Below are positions 49,309 through 60,263 of a DNA stretch of 64,000 nucleotides, one piece after another. The stretch is from Carpediemonas membranifera BICM (taxonomy: Eukaryota; Protista; Fornicata). The stretch's first letter is position 1, and every line of letters starts with the position of its first letter. Below the pieces are notes generated by a model. That model was not told where the DNA came from, did not search any database, and worked only from the letters and a program-made list of their open reading frames with translations. A program made the position numbers and the translations under genes. Location of the stretch: NCBI GenBank assembly GCA_019828565.1, contig JAHDYR010000062.1:814420-878419 (forward strand), written 5' to 3'.

Positions 49309-50119
49309 ATGGCGAGAAGAAAGGCGCTCCCACCAAAGCCGCAGCCTGGGGGGTATCAGAATACCCATTACGTCCACTGCGGGCAAGACGCCGCCGTCTG
49401 CGCCTTCAAATGATTCTCAGGAGGATTCCTCAAGCGAAGATTCCATCATTGAATCCGTTGTGCATACTCAGGCACTGCATCCGGATCTGGTCGCCGCGAT
49501 CTACCCAAACACTCCCGAGGAGTCGATCAGGGGAGCTTAAGGAGGCCGAGAAGGACCTTACTCCCCTCGAACCCCCGAGTTGGTTATCCACCCGGCTGAC
49601 CCACCCCTCCATTGCCGTTGAGGTGCAGCCTTGTCTGGCTCCCGACCACACGGACGTGGGTAGAGGCCTCATTGCAACTGCCGCAATTGAGCCCGGAAAG
49701 CTCCTCGGCATTTACGCCGGTAGGATTGTGTCCGACGAGGACTACCACGCGAATAACAGCAACATGGTGTTTGTTCATTGTTCATTATGCCTTTACACAG
49801 CATTTCATTCGACGCTAGCAACCTTCACGTCGACGCCGGCGAAGGTGAAGGCATTGGTGTACACCTCATCAACCACAGTGAGAGTGACACCAACTGCCAG
49901 TTCACCAACCGTTTGCTCAAGGACCTTCCAGTCCTTGCGGTTGAGTCGACGAACGTCATTCAGGCCGAAGAGTTTCTTCGTATCAGTTACGGCGAGATCT
50001 TCTTTGATGCGGGTGAGGTCTTAACCATTGCTAGGTTCCCGAGTCTGCCCATTTCTCATCCAAACTATCTCACAAGGTTCCTGGAGCGGTATCCGGCACT
50101 CAAGAAGCGGAAGAAATGA
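49309..50119 (+). CDS. SET-domain lysine methyltransferase (frameshifts; probable intron 49769-49800)
   Basis: GRGLIATAAIEPGKLLGIYAG, LINHSESDTN and EEFLRISYG. Confidence 0.85.
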
Positions 50120-50146
50120 ATTAAAAATGTCAAAACATCTCTTTTT

Positions 50147-52275
50147 TTACTCGGGAACTCCACGCTTAACGTCCTCGGCATCAACAACTCTCTTTTCGCG
50201 ATCCTTATCGACTGCCTTGCGCTTGATATAAGTCGTATGAGCCTTTCTCTTACCACCCTTTGAACGTTTGCGGACAAATAGCGTCGCATGCTCATCCTTG
50301 ACGACCACAATAGCTTGCGCCGCAGCCACATCTTCATCAGATCCACGCCGGACCATGCCGGACTCATAAACTTCCGTCAAATGCATCCGCACAATATACT
50401 TGTCATGGTACGTCAACATCTTGACCCAGATAACGACTACAGTCTTGCTCTTCAGAGCTGACCAGGCCATGACACCAAAGTTGCTGTACCAATCAGTGGC
50501 ATCGTCGAACATCAGGGTGGGCACGAACACGTTAGACGTCTCAAGCCTCAGCCTCTCGCCAGCATCGGAGAATCCCCCAGGCGCGCACCTCCTCCCTCAC
50601 TGCTGCCACTTCCTCTGCCGCAAACTTCTTGTCGAACTCGCCATTCTCAACCTTCTGCAGGCGGTAGCCGATGCACAATCCATCCGGGTTGACTGCAATC
50701 TTCCGCCAACTCTTACGATCTTTGAGAACTCGCTCGCCTACCTTGTCGTACTCCACGTCGATGTACTTCTGCCTATCAACGTCGCTCCGTAAGTATATCT
50801 GCATAGGGGGAACATTGGCAGGCGTCGGAGAGTGCTGTTTGATGATAGCCTTCATCTCTGGCGACAGACCGAGGTCGAGGGGTGGGACCGTTATGAACTT
50901 CTGGCCCCCGTACCTCATCATGGTGCTATTGATCCGAGTCCATAAGGCTCCAGTCACATTGTTCCTCTGGAACAGTACCATCAAGGCAGCGAGAGGAACG
51001 TAGCGGTCAAGCTCCACTGTTGCCTCCTCGGCGCGCCTGACAAGCTCAGCCCAGTTGTCCTCGAGTTCATCGGCGAGCGCTTCAAGCCCAGCCTCACTCG
51101 CCCGTGCCAACTCTGCTTGAGTAAACTGATGGATCGCCTGATCCTCGGCCTTCTGCTGACCTAACTCAGCTTCAAGTCTCTTCTGGGACTCCTCAGACTC
51201 TCTGTTAGCCTGTTCAAGCGCCTCCCTCGCCTCCCTCTCCTCAGCAAGCCGTTTTATCAAGGGCTCGTACTGCTCCAACAAGCGCACAGACTCGGGTACA
51301 TCATCAAGGCCTGCAATGGTGTCGTCTAGCTGCTGAAGGAGAGAACCAACGGTGTCTGTGTCGTCCACATCGGACTCTACGTCGATGTCTTGATCAGTCT
51401 GGGGCAAAGGAACGCCGTCACCCTGCATGGCGGCCGGTTCAGAGTGGTCATCAGACTCGGACTCGTCAGTGTCGGAAAATTCATCGTGTGTCGTGGACTC
51501 TGCGTCGACAACCGGAAGCGGCTGAGGGGCAGCAACGACGGAAGAAGGCTTGGTGGCTGCTGCTGAGCGATCCTGGGCCCGGACTAACTCCTCTTGGACC
51601 TTCATCAGAGCAGCAGTCGATGAGGCGAGCTCCTTCTCAAGACGAGCGATCTTCCTCTTCAGAGGAGCTGACGGATCGAGCGAACCGATCTTAGCCAACT
51701 CCTCGGCCAGCTTCTCTGAGCCAGCGAAGGACAGCTTCTTGCTGAGCTGGGCGTGGGCGATAAACTGGCCAAATTGGCCTGCCGGAACACGAGAATCGAG
51801 TTTCTTCGAGTCCTTGTGGCGCAACACAAGGTGGAATGCGCGGTAAATCTCAACCTGCTTCTCAACAGGGGAGCGAGTCGACGCCGACTAGAGCCTTATG
51901 AACAGATTTGGCGGTGAAGTGGTCACAAAACTTCCGTCGGAATGCCTCAATTGTGTCGGGAGAGTCAAAGTCGACCTCGCAGAGGTAGTTGCGGTTAGTT
52001 GCGTCACATATCGCGCGTAGTTTGGCAACTCCATAGTCGTGAACGTGCTGGCTTAAAGTGCGCTTCAACGGGAACCCGAAAACAACGTTGATCGTACGAA
52101 TGCTGATCAGACGGACGCAAACGAAGAACAGAGGGTCATCAGAGACGATGCCGTGATCTTGCAGCCAGGTTATACGGCTCTTTGTGGACGAAAGGGCGTC
52201 GTATGCACGGAATGAATCATCTGTGTAAATAGGACCGTGAAAATGAAAGTGACATACCAGAATCGTCAGGAGCAA
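50147..52275 (-). CDS. Coiled-coil/acidic protein with C-terminal OTU-like protease (frameshifts; N-terminal join to 51862-52275 uncertain)
   Basis: AVNPDGLCIGYRL, VMAW and IVVVKDEHATLF. Homologous to the genes at 11-2101. Confidence 0.65.
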
Positions 52276-52522
52276 GCATTGTCTCCTTCAGTTTGCCGAG
52301 AGAGATGATGTCTTCGTTAACCATTGTCAATTTGGTCCTCAGAAGACTTTCTCGAAAAATGAAATACGTTTTATCTCAATAAATATTGCCAGCTGTCATG
52401 TAAATACCTCCGATCAGCCATAAAGACCCAAGAGCTACCCCTTGGCCGATTTTCAGCTCATTCTGCACCTGCGCTGTTTTGGCCGTTTTTCGATGGGCAT
52501 CTCATCGCTCCATTTTCGATTT

Positions 52523-52678
52523 TGTCAATTTGGTCCTCAGAGGACACAGATTAAATTTTTCAGTGTCCTCTGAGGACAACATTGACAGGATTTATAGCTT
52601 ATCCATGGCCAGAAACTGAAATCGCTGAAAAGCTCAGAGACGTCGTTATATCATCTATAACGGCATCTCTGAGCTTTT
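52523..52678. promoter_or_regulatory. Two long inverted repeats in the divergent intergenic centre of element C
   Basis: GTCCTCAGAGGACAC / GTGTCCTCTGAGGAC (52533-52577) and AAAAGCTCAGAGA / TCTCTGAGCTTTT (52628-52678). Confidence 0.55.
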
Positions 52679-53004
52679 AAGCACACGGTTTCATCCTGAC
52701 GTGGAGATCGATGGTGGTGAAAATGAAGAATTGACTAGGAGAGCTCTACGCTTGCATGCAGCCTTCTATTAGGTTGTTGATGTTGGTTATATGCTTCTTT
52801 TTCGTTCTCGATGCGTGTGGATGAGTATTCTGTTGCAAGATTCATTTTTGATGGACTGATGTTGGTTATAGAGGATAAAGGCACCAGAATGGATCATATG
52901 CATGCTATAAACCCGTTCTGTGCCGTTGGAATACCATAGCTGCGCAGCAATGTCGAGAGTCACAGTTCATTTCACATTTTCACACGCATTTTAAGGAAAC
53001 AACG

Positions 53005-53767
53005 ATGGCAAGAAGTAAACAAGGCAATATACAGGCCACTGAAGCTCAAAAGGAGAGGAGAATGGCTCTTGGCAAGAAAGCGCAGCAAAAGAGCCAGAGC
53101 AAGTCCAACAAGTCCACGAAAACAGCCCGAAAAGCTCACAAGACGCCCATCGAGATCGTTCAGACCTTTATCAGCAATTTCCTCCTTAATAATGACGATA
53201 TTACCCGCGCAAACGGATGGGTTGTCGACTTCAGCCAGAAGTTTGCCGCCGAGGTCCCTAAGATGAAAGTAGCCTCCTTGAAGAAGGACAAGCTCTACGG
53301 CAATCTCCAGTCGGTCGAAGAGATCAGCCGCAAGTGGCAGGGGAGGCGGTGATGAGGACAAGCGTCACCGCTTCAAGGCTCTCCTCAGTCTTGACGCCCA
53401 GACAGATGAGCTGGACACGGACGACCCACTCATCGCGACTGTCCGCGAGATGGATGATGCCTTTCACCGCATTCCCATCGCCTACCGGGCTAAGGTCCAT
53501 GCCTTCGCTGCTTCATCGTGCGGTGTGACGGTCGATGACGTCAAGCTCGTCCTGAGCAAGCCTTGCCGTGACCGCGACGCGGATCTCATCTTCGCCAGAC
53601 CCACCAGAGTTCTGAAGAAGGAGGCTAAGACACTCAGTCAGCTCACTTCTGTCATTGCGAAGCGGAATGCGGAACGTGCTGAGGCTGAATCGCGTGATGT
53701 GCTGCGTCGCAAGGTATACCAAGCCATCATGAATTACTACTTAGAGTGTTCGGCACAGGAGCTATAA
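53005..53767 (+). CDS. Hypothetical basic protein (frameshift near 53340)
   Basis: Abutting ORFs 53005-53352 and 53450-53767. Lys-rich N-terminus. Confidence 0.55.
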
Positions 53768-53791
53768 ATTCTTGTTTTATTTTCATTTCAT

Positions 53792-54717
53792 TTACACTTC
53801 TTCGTCATCCTCAACGGAAATATTCCATTCACTGTCCCAGAAGTTAGCTTTCTTCTCCTTACGCATCTCGGTCCTCGTTTCCTTGATCTCTTTGACCAGC
53901 GTGAAAGAACGAAGGTTGTAATGGCGGATAATCATCAACTTCTGCCTGATTCGGGTGACGTTAGGCCGTTTTGCCGCACGTTCACGGCGCACGGACACAC
54001 GGGTGCGTTCCACGAACGAGTCAACACTCCTCTTGTCGGAAGCAGGCATCCCATGAGCGTGCTGATCAAGTCTATTACCATGGTTGGTCACGCGGATCAA
54101 CGTAGAGCCTTGCATTATCATCCCACAGCACTCTGTCAGGCTCTTGCCGAGGTTGGTCCACTTGTTGGGACCCATCGTGCCCTCCATCGTGACAATGGCA
54201 AGTGGGTTGCCCCCCGTGTCCACCAGCTGCTCGACCTGCGACGGGTCCGATGACTCCTTGAGGCCAAAGGACGCATACATGTCCTGGAGTCGCTTGTCGC
54301 ACTGCAGTCGGACGAGTTCTTCGGCAGATGCTATGCTAAGAAGCACCCTCGCGAACCCAAGACCTCTGCAGGAGACGGCTGTCCGTAAGCCGATGACAAA
54401 CCGCTCCTGGTGCAGTTGTCCGCTCAGGGTCTGCCCCTCCCTGTACGACTCGCGGAAGAGAAGGCATGCAGCCTTGATGTTGTCCATCTCAACCCCACGA
54501 ATTGCGATGAGACTGTGTTAACAAGAAGTGTAGTGGGTCTGACATACATGACGAATGAGTAGTTCAGACAGTCGAGGTTCGAAGTCGCCAGATCTCTGTT
54601 GAAGAAGGCCCTGACAGACGGCAAGAGCTCAGACTTGTCTGAAAGCTTGACATATTGAATATAGGCCTTGTGTTGCGATAAATTCATCGTCAGCCATGTC
54701 GGAAGTGGCGTTTCCAT
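53792..54717 (-). CDS. Hypothetical protein (ORFs 54424-54717 and 53792-54487)
   Basis: Protein-like overlapping ORFs, convergent with the previous gene across an AT-rich spacer. Confidence 0.55.
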
Positions 54718-54840
54718 TGTTTTTCACCAAACAAGTGACGTAATGTGAAAATTGTGAAACTACCAATGTTGAAAAAAAAATTGGTAGTTGGGGGAAACAC
54801 ACCAAATGGGATGTACTGACCAATAAAACTCCTTTACTCA

Positions 54841-57381
54841 CTACTCAGCGCGTGCATGACCGCAAATGCAGCAAACAAGCTCCTCACCCATGTCTGCCAA
54901 CTCGCAAACCATCACCCCAGACTCTTCGTCCCATGCCAAAGCCGTATAATCGTTGACGTACTGCCACATCTCGTCAACGAGCTCCTGGAAGAGGCGCACC
55001 ACCGCCGCCGTGGCATGGAATTGGTGCCTTGCCTCCATGTGGCTGCGAATGGCGAACCATGAGCGAGCTTGTCTGCAGCATTGGTGGACTCGGACACGAC
55101 GAAGCCTGTTCAGCGGGGGACTGAGTAGTCCTGGCGACCGAACGAGCGAATACCCGTTAAGAACGTGCAGATGAGGGTGGTCTGCTCGGTCAAACACAGC
55201 TTCTCGATCATGGCCGACCTGTGCAACTCGGCTCGGACCTCCTGGTTCTTGATGAACTCTCTCTCAAAAGAACTCCTCGAGGAGGTAAAAAAAGAGGAAT
55301 TCGGAGATGATCGTGAAGAAGAGGCTGGGCAGTGAGCCTGCTGTTGACATAGAGTGTCTGGGCACATGGCTTCTCCGCCTTGTCTGCTTGCCCAGGAGGG
55401 AGCAACGCCAGCTTTGTCTGGTGTGCCTGCAGACTGAGCATGACGTGGAACAGGTGGCACATGGACGCGGCCAAGAAGTGGAATGCGACTTTGCTGTCGG
55501 TGACAGGCTCGGTTGAGTAGTAAAGAGCCTGGAGATAGCCAATGAGTCGCACAATATCTTGGACGGACTCAGGAAGAGCCTCGTAATCCTCGTTCGTGGT
55601 GTTCGCCATGCGAACTCTGGCAGCAGACTGCTCGTTGCACCCGACAGTGCGGTCAATACTGCGGTTGGATGACATGCGCTGGAGCTTGCGCTTGTCTACG
55701 GCAGTTGCGTTCCGATCAGCGGGGAAGCTGGCGCATAGCCGTGCCACTTGCTCGAGCAGGCGGTGCGAGTTGTGCATGATCGGAGGACAAAAGACAACTC
55801 GCTCCGTGTGGATGACTCGGGGCTCTGGCCGGTTCTCGAAGATGGCCCTCTTGTCGGAGAAGTTGCCATACTCCTCTTTCGGGTCCTGCACACGGTCGGG
55901 GTCGGCCTGCACGGCGTGGAACGCTGCCTTCTGCTCGAGCAAATCATGCAAGGTGACCCGAGAGTGCGCCGGAATGGGGTGCAGCGCCTTGTGGTCTCGA
56001 CGGATGCTGTTGAAGGGCTGGGGATAGTGCCCTCCATTACCCTCGATGCCGGATGACAGCTTCCTGATGGCCGCGTGATCGCCCATGACGATGACTTGGT
56101 CGAAGGTGGTGACCTGGTCAGTTCCTCTGATCGGTATGAGGGCTTGATAGATCCGCTCGACTTCTTCCTCAACGAGTTGAAGGTTTCCCTCCTCCGTCAG
56201 CTCCTTCTCACCGGCAAGACACTCAACGAGTCGGAAGGGGGGAGTGATGCGGTTAGGGAACGTGAAGCCTGACGGGTCGTAGATGCGGATCTTGAACGTT
56301 GCGGTATGTCCCTTCCATGCGTCGAGCCACAGGAGTAGTTTTAGTGGTTGGAACTCGACATGGCCTGGGTCCTGAAGGGCACGAGAGCAACGCTCGAAGT
56401 TCGTCTGGTCAGACTCGAGCCACTCCGGGTGAAGCACTGCCTGCTGCAGATAGTACACGCCATCGAACCACACCGTTTCCACCTTGTCCCAGGTCGAGCT
56501 GTTCAGTCGCTTGCCCAGATGGGCGATACCTACACTGCCTTTGAGGGACTGGTAGTGCTGGACAGCGTCGGATTCGCTGTCATAGTGGAGGGTGAGCGTC
56601 GGTCGCTCCCAAGTGTGGTCGGCGACGAGGTCGTGGTCGAAAAACGGAGTCGGCTCGGCTCCGTCGGCTACAGTCAAACGGTTCGTGAGCTCAAGTCGCG
56701 ACTGCGTGCCGGACATGGTACGCCGCCATGTTGTATTGCCTGAGACCGACCTGCACGGCACGAGATGCTTGACGAAGGCGCGCTCCTCCCTCAGTGAGGG
56801 CCTCTGAGACACCAGATATTCTGGTCATGTCAATGCCAAGGTCCTTAATGAGCACCTCCGCGGTCTTGTTCTTCGAGATCGGCTTTCCAAGCCGGCGGGA
56901 GATGTTGTTGATGAGCTTAAAGAGCTCTTGGGTCGAGTTGAAGCCATTGCGGACGTACATCAGGATCGATGTGAGCTCCATGATTTCAGAAAAGTTGGCG
57001 GAGCGCTCCTCTGAGTCGTTGTAGTCCTGCACAGCACGCTCCTGGATGGCGTGGGTGCGGTAATCGTCCCGTACGAAGACAGGGGTGAGGAGGGTGTTGA
57101 TTTCCGTGTGCGGTTGCGGCACGTTGGAAGGGACGGGAGTCTGCTGGAGGGCGGAAGAACCTTGCGTCGTGAATGCGCTGGGAGATCAGGTCCGCCTCCT
57201 CCATCTCGCGGACGAGCTGGCAGAATTGCTCGCGCTGAGGTCTTGTTCTGGCGGAGTTGAGGCCAATTCCGACCATGGCGAAGTAGGTACAGCCAAGAAG
57301 GTAATTCATGCGCTCAACTGAGCGTGGCTGGTCATCATATATTGTACCGATGTGGCTCTCGAACACAATATGAGCAACCAT
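54841..57381 (-). CDS. DDE transposase, RAG1/Transib/CMC-like (element C; several frameshifts)
   Basis: LLLWLDAW, MGDHAAI, PPIMH and FYLLEEFFEREF (across a frameshift). Homologous to 22408-24971 and located inside the TIRs. Confidence 0.78.
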
Positions 57382-58417
57382 GATTTCTGTAGAGTTTAAA
57401 AAAACAAGATTTTTGTACAAAAACTAGTCAGGTACATGCGCAACGGTCTGTGAGATAAATCAGACAATTTGGCTGTTGCTATAGCTCTATAAGAGCAGCT
57501 ACAACTGCGCTGCCGGGGTTCCTTCTTCTTCTCTGGCCGTTTCAACACTATTTCACAATTTCACCAGTTTCACACAATTGGTGAAACAATGTTCAGAACT
57601 CCTTCAGTTTATGGACGTTGGCTCCGAAACTAAAGCAGTGTGTGTATGAGAGTGCCTGATTAAGATTCATCTGATTTTCATCTGCATTACTTGCGAATTT
57701 GCTGTTGTGCTCCTTGTGCACAAAAAAAGCAAATCTGGATTTGATCTCGAATATTGCCATGATGAAGGCGGCACAAAATGCTCATTTGCCAACCAGTGCA
57801 GCTAGAAGAAAATGGTAAAAAGTTATGGATACTGCATGGGATGAGGCCCCCGTTGATGTGTTAAACGGCCATGATCGACCGCTCAACGTCAGCGCCTCTT
57901 TGGGCACCTTCTGCGGCGGTGGATCATGCCAATTGCCGATCTCAGCTCTATGGAGCTAAGTGCACTTGAGCTCTGAGCCAAGTCTTCTGATTCCATCTTA
58001 TCGCCGATAAAAAAATTGCAAATTTTGAGATACAGAAGATTGAATCTGTCCCCAGAAAACCGAACATACTCCGATGATGTATACTGACTATATACCACCG
58101 TAGTATGGCCTGCTTTCTGGGGGACAGCTTCATTCTTTTGATTGGTTGATTCAGTCATTAGTTCCCGGCGACTGAGAAGGAGTTGACGCATAAAAACAAC
58201 AGAGGATACTCTTTAGAACACACAGACTTTGCTGACAAGGCCACTTGGTCGTACGACCACTTTTGCCTTCGACCTTAAAATGCGAGAGGCAATTTGCTCG
58301 ACCACCAATCTCGCACATGTTACATCAAGCATGGATATGTCATTAATGCACTCGCATCTATCATTTCAGCTGCTTCTTAGGACTTCGAACGCCCTGAAGC
58401 ACGAATAAGGAATTTGC

Positions 58418-58465
58418 GTTTATCCTCCGTATATCCCCGGATTAACTGGCCATTCTAACAGTATG
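58418..58465 (-). repeat. Right TIR of element C
   Basis: Exact reverse complement of 46332-46379. Confidence 0.96.
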
Positions 58466-58790
58466 GATGGGAGTCGACCTGATCAGCACGTCATTCGGGG
58501 TCTCAGGTGACCCTATAGCTGAGCTTGGCTGGGCTCTGCTGCGGCCATGGGCCGCTAGCGCGCTGCTTGGCTCTTTTCTCCTCGTAAGGCGGCCGTAGAG
58601 GTCTGATCTGAGCCTCGTTATAATAGTCTGCCCGAGTAGAGGCCAGCCATACCATAAATGCCCCCATTCCCCCCTCCCGGTCGCTCATACCTCCAAAATG
58701 GCCTATATTCCCTGTAGGAAGCTTAATAAGGGCGGATTTCCCATAAGTCGTGGCATAGAGGTGTAAACATATCCATTGACTCTGAATCTT

Positions 58791-59721
58791 TTATTTCTCC
58801 ATCTGCGAGTTAAGCCAGGCCACTGCCTTTCCCGTCAGATATACCTTACGTGTGTCGTGCGCCTTCTTTGTTGCTCTTGCGGCTGAAGCATCAACAGTGG
58901 CCTGCTTCAACAAATCTCGGCAGCTAGACTTCGGCGTCTTGGTGCCACGCCGCGTGCAGGCCCACTCTCTATCGTCCACGGACTCACCACACACAACGCA
59001 TGACCCTGCGAATACGGTCGGTGGCTTTCTCCTTCAGCTTCTGTCGAAGCAGATCGCACATCGCGGTCTTGACGACGCGTCGAGACAATTCATGCGTGCG
59101 CAGGGTACTAACAGGCTCAACCAACAGCTCTGTCTGAGTAGACGCCTCCTCTAGGTCTCGCACAGTCTGAGTCTCTGCATGCTCACCCTGTGGCGAAAAC
59201 TGCTGGCATTTTCCCACCATCCTCGGCTTATCAGGATCAGGACCCAGCGCAGTCATGTAAACAGGTACCTCAACCCGCTTCTCGACTATCCTGACAGGCT
59301 GGGAGTCCCTGCGGGAAGGGGGCTTGCGGGTGAACTCGCGTCCTGGTCGGCCCCCGTTCGCCTCGTTGTGCAGAGCCTCCATGAAGGCATTGAAGCCGTC
59401 ATCACGGCCCACCTTCTGCGTCACAAACGACATGACGCATGTGACCGACATCTCAAAGGATGCAAAATCGTCAGCACTGGAAACATCGCGATTGTGGCAG
59501 ATTGAGTTTCGAGCTGCCAACAGCTCGCGTATATGTCTCTTATCAGCGTGGTGAAGATCAGGAACACGATGTAGGATCGCTTGCAAAAGCATAGCCGGAT
59601 CCATCTCGCCACCGTCACCACGGTACCTCGCGATGTACTCCTGCAGCTTCGGAATCATCCTCAGTAGCGCTTCAAACATCATGCTGGCGTATCCTGCTGA
59701 ATCCTTCACCCCAGAGCTCAT
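58791..59721 (-). CDS. Swt1-like HEPN + zinc-finger protein (element B paralog; frameshift near 59030)
   Basis: MDPAMLLQAI...IRELLAARNSICH (Rx4H). C-terminal CVVCGES...EWAC...TPK..CR...VYLT matches the array gene. Confidence 0.75.
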
Positions 59722-59993
59722 ATCGGTTTCTTCAGAACGAAATTCTAAAGAAATGTTCGGTGGTAAGTGAGATCACTGCGCATCTAGAGACAGCAGAAAC
59801 GTAACCTACAGCCCATATTGATGTGGGCTGGTCTTATCCGGATGTCCAAGGACCTTGATTCGCTCTGGGGTAGTCCCCCATGACCGTCAGGCACGCGAAC
59901 CGCATCCTGCACGAAGCGGGGATGCAGAGTCTGAAAAGACCCATCTCTCTGTCCGATCTGGATACCCCTGACGATAGATGGAATGAATGAAGC

Positions 59994-60226
59994 TGTAAAC
60001 ATATCCATTGACTCTGAATCTTTTATTTCTCCATCTGCGAGTTAAGCCAGGCCACTGCCTTTCCCGTCAGATATACCTTACGTGTGTCGTGCGCCTTCTT
60101 TGTTGCTCTTGCGGCTGAAGCATCAACAGTGGCCTGCTTCAACAAATCTCGGCAGCTAGACTTCGGCGTCTTGGTGCCACGCCGCGTGCAGGCCCACTCT
60201 CTATCGTCCACGGACCCACCGCACAC
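59994..60226. repeat. ~233-bp direct duplicate of 58762-58994 (3' end of the HEPN-ZnF gene)
   Basis: Near-identical sequence at 1232-bp spacing. Confidence 0.92.
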
Positions 60227-60263
60227 GGCATTCATGATTCCAAGGTCTAATTATTTACTCGAT

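Larger units (their letters stand above)
46332..58465 (-). mobile_element. Complete 12,134-bp cargo-rich DNA transposon, element C
   Basis: Perfect 48-bp TIRs, GA on both flanks (46330-46331 and 58466-58467), and an internal DDE transposase. Confidence 0.93.

Noticed and set aside
46332-58465. Polinton/Maverick or endogenous virus
   Set aside because: No pPolB, packaging ATPase, capsid or rve-integrase motifs seen. The TSD is 2 bp rather than about 6 bp, and the TIRs are short.
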